Positions 19,874 through 29,800 are shown, counted from the first letter of the stretch. The stretch is DNA of 64,000 nucleotides from Sedimentisphaerales bacterium (GCA_963708075.1 OY970194.1:6176001-6240000), one strand, 5' to 3'. A program made the numbers and translations. Notes: a model not told the origin generated them from the sequence alone.

Positions 19874-21655
19874 ATGGATGCCAAGAAGATCACGATTACA
19901 ATAAACGATAAGCAATACAAGGTCGATCCCGGCCAGACGATCATGCAGGCGGCCGACAAGTGCGGCTACCGCATCCCCCGGCTGTGCTACCACCCGAAGC
20001 TCTCCATCGAGGGGGCGTGCAGGGTCTGCATCGTGCAGGTGGAAGGGATGAAGAATTTCGTCGCCTCGTGCTGCTATCCGGTGGCCGACGGCATGAAGGT
20101 GTACACGAACACCAGGGAGGTCCGGCAGGCCCGGCGGGACATCGTCGAGCTGCTCGTGGACAACCACCCGCAGGACTGCCACGTCTGTGAGCGCGACGGC
20201 AACTGCGAGCTCCAGCGGCTGGTCTATGCGATGGGCATTCGCCACCGCCATTTCGAGGGCGAACGCAAGCACTATGAGAAGGATTTGTCCGGCGCCGGCG
20301 TCATCCGCGACCCGGACAAGTGCATCCTCTGCGGCCGGTGTGTTCGCATGTGCTCGGAGATTCAGGGCGTGCACTGCCTCGGCCAGGCGTATCGCGGCTT
20401 CAACACGGTCGTCATGCCGGCGTACAATATGCCGTTCGCCGAGAGCGTCTGCTCCACCTGCGGCCAGTGCATCAACGTCTGCCCGACTGCCGCTTTCGTT
20501 GAGAAGAACCATACCCAGGAGCTGTTCGAGAAGCTCAATGACAAGAGCCTGGTCAAGGTCGCACAGTTCGCACCGTCCGTGCGAGCAGCTATCGGCGAGG
20601 CATTCGGCCTGCCGCCGGGACGCAACATGGAAGGCCAGCTCATCGCCGCGCTGCGGCACCTGGGATTCGACTACGTCTTCGATACCCAGTTCGCTGCCGA
20701 CCTGACCGTCATGGAAGAGGGCAGCGAATTCCTCGAAAGACTGCAATCCGGCAACCTGCTGCCGCTGATTAGCTCCTGCTCCAGCGCCTGGATGAAGTAT
20801 ATGGAGCAGTTCTATCCGGATATGATCCCGAACATCTCGACGTGCAAGTCGCCGATGTCGATGGCCTCGGCCCTGTTCAAGACGCACTGGGCCGGCAAGA
20901 TGAAGCTGGACCCGAAGCGGATTTTCAGCGTAGCGGTGATGTGCTGCACGGCCAAGAAGTACGAAGCGGCGCGGCCGGAGCTGCAGGTCAACGGCGTGCC
21001 CGCCACGGACATTGTCGTCACGACACGCGAGATCGCGTGGATGATCAAGTCGGCCGGCGTTGACTTCATCAACATCCATCCCGAGAAGCCCGACGCCCCT
21101 CTGGGTCTGTCCTCCGGGGCCGGCACGATCTTCGGCGTCACCGGCGGCGTCATGGAGGCGGCGATCCGCACGGCGTACGAGCTCTACACGGGCGAAACCC
21201 TCATCGACATCGAGGTGGCGGACATTCGCGGCTTCAAAGGCGTCAAAGAGGCCAAAATCACCATGGATGGCAAGGAGCTGCGGGTGGCCGTCGCACACGG
21301 ATTGGGCAACGCGCATCAACTTATGGAGATGGTCCGCAAGGACCCCGGCCGGTTCCAGTTCGTCGAGGTCATGGGCTGTCCCGGCGGCTGCATCGGCGGC
21401 GGCGGCCAGCCCTACGCCGCGGCCAACTCCATTCCTCTCGATGAGGAATGTCTCAGGCTGCGGGCCCAGGCCCTCTACGACCTGGACCGGGCCAAGACGA
21501 TCCGCCGAAGTCATGACAATCCGGATGTCCAGAGACTCTACCGGGAGTTCCTGGGCCGGCCGCTCAGCGAGAAATCGCACGAGCTGCTCCATACTCATTA
21601 CAAGGCCCACACGCCCAAGGGCATTGTCTCGCCTGAATTGAAAGTCGTCGTCTAA
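19874..21655 (+). CDS. hydA: [FeFe]-hydrogenase catalytic subunit (group A3-like architecture)
   Basis: N-terminal [2Fe-2S], His-ligated [4Fe-4S] (HPQDC..C), 2x[4Fe-4S]; H-cluster motifs SSCSSAW, MCCTAKKYE, EVMGCPGGCIGGGGQP; ends LHTHY. Confidence 0.95.
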   Translation: MDAKKITITINDKQYKVDPGQTIMQAADKCGYRIPRLCYHPKLSIEGACRVCIVQVEGMKNFVASCCYPVADGMKVYTNTREVRQARRDIVELLVDNHPQDCHVCERDGNCELQRLVYAMGIRHRHFEGERKHYEKDLSGAGVIRDPDKCILCGRCVRMCSEIQGVHCLGQAYRGFNTVVMPAYNMPFAESVCSTCGQCINVCPTAAFVEKNHTQELFEKLNDKSLVKVAQFAPSVRAAIGEAFGLPPGRNMEGQLIAALRHLGFDYVFDTQFAADLTVMEEGSEFLERLQSGNLLPLISSCSSAWMKYMEQFYPDMIPNISTCKSPMSMASALFKTHWAGKMKLDPKRIFSVAVMCCTAKKYEAARPELQVNGVPATDIVVTTREIAWMIKSAGVDFINIHPEKPDAPLGLSSGAGTIFGVTGGVMEAAIRTAYELYTGETLIDIEVADIRGFKGVKEAKITMDGKELRVAVAHGLGNAHQLMEMVRKDPGRFQFVEVMGCPGGCIGGGGQPYAAANSIPLDEECLRLRAQALYDLDRAKTIRRSHDNPDVQRLYREFLGRPLSEKSHELLHTHYKAHTPKGIVSPELKVVV

Positions 21656-21696
21656 GGAGTGGCCAGATGACTGTTTCGCAATGTGCCATATTCAAT

Positions 21697-21787
21697 CGGG
21701 TGGCAGCGTCAAGGCCGAAGGCCTTGGCGATGGTGCTGTGCAAATACAGTGGAGCCATCGCCAAGCTGCGCTTGACGCTGCCACCCG
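21697..21787. repeat. GTGG-type REP doublet, subtype B
   Basis: GGGTGGCAGCGTCAAG-gccgaaggc-CTTGGCGATGG-21 nt-CCATCGCCAAG-ctgcg-CTTGACGCTGCCACCC. Confidence 0.9.
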
Positions 21788-21866
21788 TCGACAGCTTTGT
21801 AGAGAGGCAATATACGTGACGATAACCGTTAGAAACACCAGGCCGGCCACCGGATATGGAGGCTGG

Positions 21867-23333
21867 ATGGAGAACAGGATCAAGCCCGAGCAGATCGAGA
21901 AGTATCTCGATAACGGGCGGGACTTCCTCGACGAGGCCGCGATCGAGCGGGCCTTGGCTGCAAATGTGAATCCGGATCCGAAGCGGGTGCGGGAGATCCT
22001 GGCCAAGTCTCTTGCCATCGAGACCCTGACGCTCGATGAGACGGCGTGCCTGCTCCACGTCGAAGACCCGGAGCTGCTGGCCGAGATGCGGCAGACCGCC
22101 GCGGCGGTTAAGACAAAAGTGTACGACAACCGCATCGTGACCTTCGCGCCGCTGTACCTGAGCAATCTGTGCGTCAACGACTGCGTGTACTGCGGCTTTC
22201 GGAGCAGCAATCACGCGGAGAGCCGGCGGATTCTGTCGCAGGACGAGGTCCGCCGCGAGGTCGAGGTGCTGGCCGGCCAGATCGGCCACAAGCGTCTGAT
22301 CGTGGTCTACGGCGAGCACCCGAAGTCCGGCGTCGAGTACATCGCCGAGACGTTGCGAACCATCGGCGACGTGAAGGTCAAGACCCGGCGCGGCTGGGGT
22401 CAGATCCGCCGGTGCAACGTCAACGCGGCACCGCTCAGGATCGAGGAGCTTCGCGTCCTGAAAGACGCGGGCATCGGCACGTTCCAGGTGTTCCAGGAGA
22501 CATACCACAAGAAGACCTACGAGCGGCTGCACCCGAGCCACACGATCAAGGGCAACTACCGCTGGCGGCTCTACTGCATGCACCGTGCGATGGAAGCCGG
22601 CGTCGATGACGTGGGGATCGGACCGCTGATCGGCCTGTATGACTGGAAATTCGAGGTCATGGCGCTTCTGTGTCACTCGATCGATTTGGAGAAGAAGTTC
22701 GGGATCGGGCCGCATACCATTTCGTTCCCGCGAATCGAACCGGCGCACAACACGCCATTCGTGCAGAATCTTCAGTATGGAGTCAGCGACGCGGACTTCA
22801 AGCGGTTGGTGACGGTGATCCGGCTGGCCGTGCCGTATACGGGCATGATTGTGACCGCCCGCGAAAGCGCCCGGCTTCGGCGGGAAACCCTGCCCCTGGG
22901 CTGCACGCAATTGGATGCATCGAGCCGGATCGGGATCGGTGGCTACGCGGACCGGCCTGACGACCGGCAGCAGGATGACCGGCAGCAGTTCATCCTCGGT
23001 GACACTCGCTCGCTGGACGACGTGGTCCGCGAGCTTGCCCAGGCCGGGTCCATCACGTCGTTCTGCACGGCCGGCTATCGCTGCGGGCGGACCGGGCAGA
23101 AGATCATGGGACTACTGCGGAGCGGCAAGGAAGGGCAGTTCTGCAAGCTAAACGCCGTAATTACCTTCCGTGAGTGGCTCGATGATTTTGCCAGTCCCGA
23201 GACGATCGCGGCGGGCGAAAAAGTCATCGCAAAAGAAATCGAGCAGATCAAACACAAAATGCCGGAGGTCTTCGAGACATTCATGAGCTACTACGAGAAG
23301 ACCGGAGCCGGCCAGAGAGATCTGTACTTCTAG
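21867..23333 (+). CDS. hydG: [FeFe]-hydrogenase radical SAM maturase HydG
   Basis: FAPLYLSNLCVNDCVYCGF, FQETYH, GPHTISFPR, C-terminal CX5CX19C, RDLYF; GGAGG RBS before ATG 21867. Confidence 0.95.
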   Translation: MENRIKPEQIEKYLDNGRDFLDEAAIERALAANVNPDPKRVREILAKSLAIETLTLDETACLLHVEDPELLAEMRQTAAAVKTKVYDNRIVTFAPLYLSNLCVNDCVYCGFRSSNHAESRRILSQDEVRREVEVLAGQIGHKRLIVVYGEHPKSGVEYIAETLRTIGDVKVKTRRGWGQIRRCNVNAAPLRIEELRVLKDAGIGTFQVFQETYHKKTYERLHPSHTIKGNYRWRLYCMHRAMEAGVDDVGIGPLIGLYDWKFEVMALLCHSIDLEKKFGIGPHTISFPRIEPAHNTPFVQNLQYGVSDADFKRLVTVIRLAVPYTGMIVTARESARLRRETLPLGCTQLDASSRIGIGGYADRPDDRQQDDRQQFILGDTRSLDDVVRELAQAGSITSFCTAGYRCGRTGQKIMGLLRSGKEGQFCKLNAVITFREWLDDFASPETIAAGEKVIAKEIEQIKHKMPEVFETFMSYYEKTGAGQRDLYF

Positions 23334-23354
23334 TGATACACAGGAACCCTGCAC

Positions 23355-23888
23355 ATGACAAAACTCCAGACAAAAGAGAAGACGACACCCACAACGAATG
23401 AAGACAAGCTGACCGAGCTTCGCCAGCTCATCGCCGAGGTGAAGATGCAGGAGAATCCGCACTCGCATCTGATCACGGTGCTGCACCGGACCCAGGATAT
23501 GTACGGGTATCTGCCGGTTGAGGCCATGGACGAGATCGCGCAGGCGATGGAGATTCCCACGGCCCATATCTGGGGCGTGGCGACGTTCTACCATTATTTC
23601 AAGCTGACGCCGCCGGGCAAGCACGTGATCTCCGTCTGCCTGGGCACCGCCTGCTACGTGAAGGGCGCCACCCAGATCCTGCAGACGATCAAGGATGAAT
23701 TGAAGATCGACTTCGGTCAGATGACACAGGACGGGCTGTTCTCGCTCGGTCCGGCTCGATGCCTGGGCGCCTGCGGCCTGGCCCCCGTAGTCATGATCGA
23801 CGACAAGATCCACGGCGAGCTGACCCCCAAGAAAATCATCCAGATCCTCAAAGAGTACAGGAAGCAGGCAGGGAAAGCGGACGCGTAG
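23355..23888 (+). CDS. hydC: NuoE-like [2Fe-2S] hydrogenase subunit
   Basis: GVATFY, VCLGTACYVKGA, RCLGACGLAPV. Confidence 0.92.
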   Translation: MTKLQTKEKTTPTTNEDKLTELRQLIAEVKMQENPHSHLITVLHRTQDMYGYLPVEAMDEIAQAMEIPTAHIWGVATFYHYFKLTPPGKHVISVCLGTACYVKGATQILQTIKDELKIDFGQMTQDGLFSLGPARCLGACGLAPVVMIDDKIHGELTPKKIIQILKEYRKQAGKADA

Positions 23889-25133
23889 ATGAATCCCCGG
23901 GAAGAAAAGCTGGTGGATTGCGGACTGCGGATTGCGGATTGCGGATTGGAGGAGGCTCGTGCCGCCAATCCGAAATCTGAAATCCGAAATCCGCAATTCG
24001 CGGCTGTTCTGGAGCGGATCTACGCTGCCGAGATGCCGGAGCCGGCGGATATCGAGGAGGTTCTGCTCGCTACGGACCATGATGAGGTCGGCCTGCTGTT
24101 CGCTTTCGCGGATCAGGTCAGGCGGGAACACGTCGGGGACGGGGTATTGTTGCGCGGGATCATTGAGTTCTCGAATGTCTGCCGCAACACGTGCATGTAC
24201 TGCGGGCTCCACAGGGACAACCACCGGCTGCAACGCTACCGGTTGACCCGGGAACAGATCCTGGCGGCGGCGGGGAATATCCGGCACGCGGGGATAAAAA
24301 CGGTTGTGCTCCAGAGTGGCGAAGAAGATAATCTCGACGGTGGCTGGCTGCAGCAGGTGATCGAAGAGATCAAGAGCCGTTTCGACGTGGCCGTGACGCT
24401 TTCTGTCGGAGAGCGCCGCCGTGAAGAGTACGAACAGTGGAAACAGGCGGGGGCCGACAGGTACTTGTTGAAGATCGAAACATCCGATCCGAGCCTCTAC
24501 CGAGAGCTGCATCCCGGGATGAGCTTCGAGAACAGAATCAGGTGCTTGCAGGATCTGGCCGAGCTGGGCTACCAGACGGGCTCGGGCAACCTCGTCGGCC
24601 TCAAGGGGCAGAGCCTTCGGAGCCTCGTCGGCGACGTCCGGTTCTTCAAGCAGGGCAACTTCGATATGATCAGCGTCAGTCCTTTCATCCCGCACCCGCA
24701 TACGCCGCTGGCCGCTGAGCCCGCCGGCGACCTGACGATGACCCTGAAGATGACGGCCCTGGCCCGCATCGTCAGCAGGAATGCTCATATTCCTGCCACC
24801 ACGGCGATTGGCTCGCTGCACGGACGGGATGAGCGTCCGAAGGCGTTGGCCGCCGGCGCCAACGTGCTCATGCCGAACTTCACACCGGCGCCGTATCGCC
24901 GGTACTACGAGATTTATCCGAACAAGCGATGCGTAGGCGAAGAGGTTGGCACCTGCGCAGGCTGCATGGAACAAATGGTTGCTGCGATGGGCCGACGGGT
25001 GAACTATGGCCGAGGCGACAGCCTGAAGGGGAGTCTGAAGAATGTAGGGTGTGCATCGCACACCTTCTCCAGCGATGACAGAGGTTCACAATCGGCGATA
25101 GAAAAGGTGTGCGGTGCACACCCTGCTGAATGA
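23889..25133 (+). CDS. hydE: [FeFe]-hydrogenase radical SAM maturase HydE, with repeat-derived N- and C-terminal extensions
   Basis: RGIIEFSNVCRNTCMYCGL, VLQSGE, PFIPHPHTPL, GANVLMPN, YEIYPNK. Confidence 0.92.
   Translation: MNPREEKLVDCGLRIADCGLEEARAANPKSEIRNPQFAAVLERIYAAEMPEPADIEEVLLATDHDEVGLLFAFADQVRREHVGDGVLLRGIIEFSNVCRNTCMYCGLHRDNHRLQRYRLTREQILAAAGNIRHAGIKTVVLQSGEEDNLDGGWLQQVIEEIKSRFDVAVTLSVGERRREEYEQWKQAGADRYLLKIETSDPSLYRELHPGMSFENRIRCLQDLAELGYQTGSGNLVGLKGQSLRSLVGDVRFFKQGNFDMISVSPFIPHPHTPLAAEPAGDLTMTLKMTALARIVSRNAHIPATTAIGSLHGRDERPKALAAGANVLMPNFTPAPYRRYYEIYPNKRCVGEEVGTCAGCMEQMVAAMGRRVNYGRGDSLKGSLKNVGCASHTFSSDDRGSQSAIEKVCGAHPAE
23914..23999. repeat. Inverted heptamer arrays inside the hydE 5' end
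   Basis: (GCGGATT)n-like array followed by (AATCCGA/C)n; translated DCGLRIADCGL...NPKSEIRNPQ. Confidence 0.85.
25044..25126. repeat. GTAG-type REP doublet inside the hydE 3' end
   Basis: GTAGGGTGTGCATCGCACACC ... GGTGTGCGGTGCACACCCTGC; relatives at ~31520, ~38408-38471 and ~47735. Confidence 0.85.
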
Positions 25134-25149
25134 AAAGGAGAAACACGCG

Positions 25150-25539
25150 ATGGCAAACAAGGTATTGATGATTGATGATGATCCGGAGTTCGTGGAAGCG
25201 ATCTCGAATCTGCTCGATGCGAAGGGCTACGACGTGCACACCGCGTCAAACGGCAGGGACGGGGTTGCGAAGGCCAAGGCCGAGAACCCGGACCTCATCC
25301 TGCTCGATGTTATGATGACCACGAAGAACGAGGGTTTCAACGTGGCCCGGGAGCTGCACGAGGATCAGAAGCTGCGGGAAACGCCGATCATCATCATGAC
25401 GGGAATTCGGCGGGAGATGAACCTGCCGTTCGGCTTCGAGCCGGATGAGACGTGGCTGCCCGTCAAACGCGTGCTGGAAAAGCCTGTGAAGCCCGAGGTC
25501 CTGCTCAACGCCATCTCCGAGCACATCAAGAAGGCGTGA
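25150..25539 (+). CDS. Stand-alone response regulator receiver protein
   Basis: IDDD, PDLILLDVMM, EKP; AGGAG RBS. Confidence 0.9.
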   Translation: MANKVLMIDDDPEFVEAISNLLDAKGYDVHTASNGRDGVAKAKAENPDLILLDVMMTTKNEGFNVARELHEDQKLRETPIIIMTGIRREMNLPFGFEPDETWLPVKRVLEKPVKPEVLLNAISEHIKKA

Positions 25540-25549
25540 CTTACCGCGT

Positions 25550-26233
25550 ATGGCCAAAGAAGTGATACTCGTCGTTGATGACGAAGAGGATATTCGCGAG
25601 CTGGTGGCGCTGAACCTCAGTCGCGAGGAGTACCAGATCCTGTCTTGTGATACGGGCGAGCGTGCACTGGAGCTTGTGCGATCCAAGAAGCCGGACCTGG
25701 TTGTGCTGGACCTCATGCTGCCCGGCGTGGACGGTCTGGAGGTCTGCAGGCGGCTCAAGGCCGATCCGAACACGCGACCAATCCCGGTCATCATGCTCAC
25801 GGCTAAAGGGGAGGAGACCGACATCGTGACCGGTCTCGAACTGGGAGCCGACGATTACGTGACCAAGCCATTCAGCGGCAAGGTCCTGACCGCACGAGTC
25901 CGACGGCTCCTGCGGAGACACGTGGAGGGGGTCCAGGAAAAGAGCACCGTCCGGGTGGAAGGGGTGGAGATCGATCCCGTCCGCCGGGAAGTGCGGATCG
26001 ACGGCGAGCCTGTGACCATGACTCTGACGGAATTCAACATTCTCCACACCCTCGCCAGGCGGCGGGGTGCAGTGTTCACACGGTATCAGATCGTTGATAC
26101 AATCCATGGCGACGACTATCTCGTTACGGACCGGGCGGTGGACGTCCAGATCGTTGCCCTGAGACGCAAGCTCGGCCCGTACGGCAAGCTCATTGAAACG
26201 GTCCGCGGGGTCGGCTACAGGCTCAAGGGCTGA
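25550..26233 (+). CDS. phoB: OmpR/PhoB-family response regulator
   Basis: VDDE, LDLMLPG, GADDYVTKPFS, winged helix ETVRGVGY; paired with a PhoR-like kinase. Phosphate specificity is inferred. Confidence 0.75.
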   Translation: MAKEVILVVDDEEDIRELVALNLSREEYQILSCDTGERALELVRSKKPDLVVLDLMLPGVDGLEVCRRLKADPNTRPIPVIMLTAKGEETDIVTGLELGADDYVTKPFSGKVLTARVRRLLRRHVEGVQEKSTVRVEGVEIDPVRREVRIDGEPVTMTLTEFNILHTLARRRGAVFTRYQIVDTIHGDDYLVTDRAVDVQIVALRRKLGPYGKLIETVRGVGYRLKG

Positions 26234-26257
26234 TGCGGCCGGGTCCTGTACCTGAAA

Positions 26258-28035
26258 ATGCTGAGAAGAAAACTAATCTGGCAATTATACCCGTCTTTCC
26301 TGGCGGTTACGCTGCTGGCGCTGGCGGCCGCAGCCGCGTATGCCTCCTACAGGTTCCATGGATTCCACCTCGATCAGGTTCAACAGGAGTTGTTGACTCT
26401 GACCCGGGTGGTCGTCCCTGAGGTCGAACAGGCTCTTGTTTCTGCCGACCCGTGCGATGTGGATGCACTGGCGGATCGCCTTGGTGAGGCCACCGGCGGA
26501 CGGGTGCGGTTCACGATCATCACGCCGACTGGCACGGTCATCGGCGATTCGCAGGAGGATCCGGCCGGGATGCAAAGTCATGCGGACCGGCTGGAAGTCA
26601 TCGGAGCTCTTCGCGACGGATTTGGACGCTCGGTACACCTGAGCCCGACGCTCGGCACGAGGATGATGTACGTTGCCATCCCCGTTCAGCAGGACGGGCA
26701 GCCCGTCGCAGTCATCCGCGCCGCCATGGCGATTACGGCGATTGACCGGCCCATGAAGGGTTTCTACATCAGCGTCGCCTGGGCGGCAGCAATCATCGCC
26801 CTGGTCGCCGCCTTCCTCAGCCTTCTGATTTCACGGGGCATCAGCCGGCCGATCGTGCGGATGCAGCGGGTCGCCCAGCTCTTCGCGCGGGGACAGCTCA
26901 ATGCGCAGGTGCCCGGTACCGGGGCCGCCGAGCTGGACGGTCTGGCGAAAGCCCTCAACGAGATGGCCACGCAACTCCAGGACCGGATCGCGACGATCAC
27001 GAAACAGCGCAATGAGCTGGAGGCCGTCCTGTCGAGCATGACGGAGGGGGTCTTTGCGGTGGATTCGCAGGGCCGCTTTGCCAGCATCAATAAGGCAGCG
27101 GCGCAGTTGCTGACTATCGATCCGGCGCAGCGCAGGGCCGCAGCGTGGAAGAGGCCATTCATGACGTCGAGCTCCGGCAGTTCGTCCGCGATACGCTCGG
27201 TAGCGACGAACCCACGGACGCGGATATCTCGTTCCCTGGGGAGAAGGAGCGTCTCTTTCACGTGTGCGGAGCCGGCCTGTCGGACCCGAGGGGGGAGCGG
27301 TCCGGCGCGGTGATCGTATTGAGCGATATGACTCAAATCCACCGGCTTGAGAACCTTCGCCGCGATTTCGTCGCGAATGTCTCGCATGAGCTCAAGACGC
27401 CCGTAACGTCCATTCAAGGCTTCGCCGAGGCCCTTCAGGAAGGGGGGCTGGCCGATCCCGAGCAGACCCGGCGCTACGTGGACATTATTGCCAAGCAAGC
27501 CCAGCGGCTCAACGCGATCATCGACGATCTGCTGAGCCTGTCGCGTCTGGAGGACGGCGCCCAGCAGCGGGCCATCTCCTTCGAGACCGCCCGTCTCAAG
27601 CCGATCCTGGAGACCGCCGTCGATCTGTCCCGCGTCAAGGCCGACGCCAGGCAAATCACAATTGACCTGATTTGCGACGAGGGCGTCGAGGGAAGGCTGA
27701 ACGGCCCCTTGCTGGAACAGGCGGTGCTCAACCTCGTCGATAATGCCATCAAGTACAGCGAGCCCGGCAGTGTCGTCGAGGTGTGTGCCGGGGCAACGGG
27801 GAACGAGAACACGATCTCAGTTAAGGACAGCGGCTGCGGAATTCCGCCGCAGCATCTTTCAAGGCTCTTCGAGAGATTCTACGTGGTCGATAAGAGCCGC
27901 AGCCGAAAGCTGGGCGGCACCGGCCTGGGCCTGGCCATCGTCAAGCACATCGCCCAAGTCCACGGCGGCTACGTAACCGTCGAGAGCACGCCCGGAAAAG
28001 GCAGTACCTTCACCATCCACCTGCCCCGCTCCTAA
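26258..28035 (+). CDS. phoR: PhoR-like sensor kinase (HAMP-PAS-HisKA-HATPase), frameshifted near 27130
   Basis: ORFs 26258-27313 and 27145-28035 join; RRDFVANVSHELKTP, FERFYVVDKSRSRKLGGTGLGLAIVKH. Confidence 0.75.
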
Positions 28036-28052
28036 GGAATTGACTCCAACAA

Positions 28053-28131
28053 GGGCGCCATGTCTACGCTTGCGTAGACATGTTCGACTCGATGGACAAA
28101 GCATGCTTACGCGAGCATAAGCATGGCACCC
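28053..28131. repeat. REP doublet of the GG(T/C)GCCATG...CATG family
   Basis: GGGCGCCATGTCTACGCTTGCGTAGACATG ... CATGCTTACGCGAGCATAAGCATGGCACCC; second copy at 38285-38362. Confidence 0.8.
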
Positions 28132-28397
28132 AAGTTTCATCCTTTCGCATCCTGTTTCTTCCCGACACCAGCCACCCGGCAGCGCAGCGATTCGCAATGA
28201 CATTCTCAAACGCCCCAGTCGCAGGGCGAGTGTCTCCGCTCGCACCTGTTTAGCCTGGAAAGGCTCAATCTTGGGTGGCACGGGCAAACTCGTTTGCCCG
28301 TGGGGCTTCGAATGGACGGGCTCCATCGAATGAGCACCGTCAAACGAGTTGGCTTCGTCCCAAATCCTTGAGATCAAGCCTGTGCAAGCTGCGCAGT

Positions 28398-28479
28398 CGG
28401 GTGGCAGCGTCAAGGCCGAAGGCCTTGGCGATGGCGAATGGGCAAGACCATCGCCAAGCTGCGCTTGACGCTGCCACCC
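28398..28479. repeat. GTGG-type REP doublet, subtype B
   Basis: Same arms as the 21697 copy; 13-nt spacer. Confidence 0.9.
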
Positions 28480-28602
28480 AAAACTCAACAACTTGGAACG
28501 AACCCAACGAGTCTGGCGGTGCCACCCGGCGAGTGGGAGGCTCCAGGCTGGACATGTACCCACGCTCGCCCGAGGGTGTCGTGCGAGGACGCACGACCTG
28601 CG

Positions 28603-29169
28603 TCAGACGCTCCAGTATTGCAGGAGAGGACCGTCGGGACCGTAGATAGGGTCGGATTTGGGCAGCGGCACGCGGGCGATGTTCTCGTCGGCCCTGGGTC
28701 GCTCACCCTCCTCGCCGTAGCACATGTCGTAGCCTTGCCCCTGTGGATAGGCTCCAACGACGACAAACGCGCCGCCGGCCGTGAGCCGCTTATGTGCGAT
28801 GCCCGCCGGGATGAGGACCACGTCGCCTGCCGAGATGGTCCGCGTGATTCCGTAATCGCCGCCGAAGCGGACCTCCGCCTGCCCGCCGCAGATTGCGAGC
28901 ACCTCATGAGCGGTGCTGTGGTAGTGATGGAAGTCGTACATGCCGTTGATCCAGGAGCCGTCCCACAGATTCTCCTCGAATAGTTTCTGCACCTGCGCGA
29001 TCAGGTCCGGCGCCTCGACGTCCAATGCTTGCCTGTAGATCAGCAGCGGCAGTGCCCCATTGTTGGGAAATACGCCTGTGTCGGCCAGTGTATGCATCTC
29101 GACGTTGGGAGAGCGAACGATCTCCTCGACCGCCGGTCTGCCGGTCTTCTCTGTTCTCTCATGGTTCAT
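28603..29169 (-). CDS. Cupin-domain protein (YjlB-like)
   Basis: FPNN, HHYHSTAHEVL, IPAGIAH, VGAYPQG, DPIYG..GPL. Confidence 0.88.
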   Translation of the reverse strand: MNHERTEKTGRPAVEEIVRSPNVEMHTLADTGVFPNNGALPLLIYRQALDVEAPDLIAQVQKLFEENLWDGSWINGMYDFHHYHSTAHEVLAICGGQAEVRFGGDYGITRTISAGDVVLIPAGIAHKRLTAGGAFVVVGAYPQGQGYDMCYGEEGERPRADENIARVPLPKSDPIYGPDGPLLQYWSV

Positions 29170-29800
29170 CTGTGTTACCCCGCACTTTTCTGAAAAATGA
29201 CGTCAGGTCAATCACTTGCACGAGTTGCCACTTCTGATCGCCGCAGAGGAAGTCATGAAGGACGCGCACGGAGGGCAGCCGGCAGTCGTCCACGCCCACG
29301 ATGCCGCCCACGCGCAGCCGGCCTTGCGTGTAATGCCAGTCCAGGCAGGGGAATGGGAAGCGATGCGCCCCGTCGATAAAGATGAAATCCAGGGAATCGG
29401 GAAGCAGCGAGATTCTCGGAAGCGCCGCATCGGAGCTTTCAAAAACGAACGTGAGATCACCCTGCACGCTCAACTCATCGCAGTAGTCGCGGATTCTGTC
29501 GGCCTGTTCCCTTTGCGGCGTGATGCAGATGTGGTGTGTCCCGGCGATGGCGAAAGCGACCGTGGTCTGGCCCGCCCCCGTTTCCAGCGTGTTCATTCCG
29601 GGCAGGAGCTGATCGTGAATGAACATCAGCGCGTCCGGGGCCACCGAGCAATTGGCGGGCGAGTCGTCCGGCCAAGTGTGAAAACTCGGGTTGTCCCGGA
29701 TCAATCGCTCCAGCGGATGTACGGCTGTGTGCGGCAATGTCCTCATCGCGCGCCATCTCCCATGGACGTTAAAACCACATCCTCTCGGTAGAGTGTACAT
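29159..29800 (-). CDS. Class I SAM methyltransferase (Methyltransf_24-like); start uncertain
   Basis: LETGAGQTT; DFIFIDGAH; LRVGGIVGVDD. Confidence 0.75.
   Translation of the reverse strand: MYTLPRGCGFNVHGRWRAMRTLPHTAVHPLERLIRDNPSFHTWPDDSPANCSVAPDALMFIHDQLLPGMNTLETGAGQTTVAFAIAGTHHICITPQREQADRIRDYCDELSVQGDLTFVFESSDAALPRISLLPDSLDFIFIDGAHRFPFPCLDWHYTQGRLRVGGIVGVDDCRLPSVRVLHDFLCGDQKWQLVQVIDLTSFFRKVRGNTDEP

Noticed and set aside
21681..21866. N-terminal extensions on ORF-track starts (hydG 21681, 5087, 38312, 54515, 19850)
   Set aside because: They run through REP or heptamer repeats or intergenic DNA; downstream starts fit RBS positions and family lengths better
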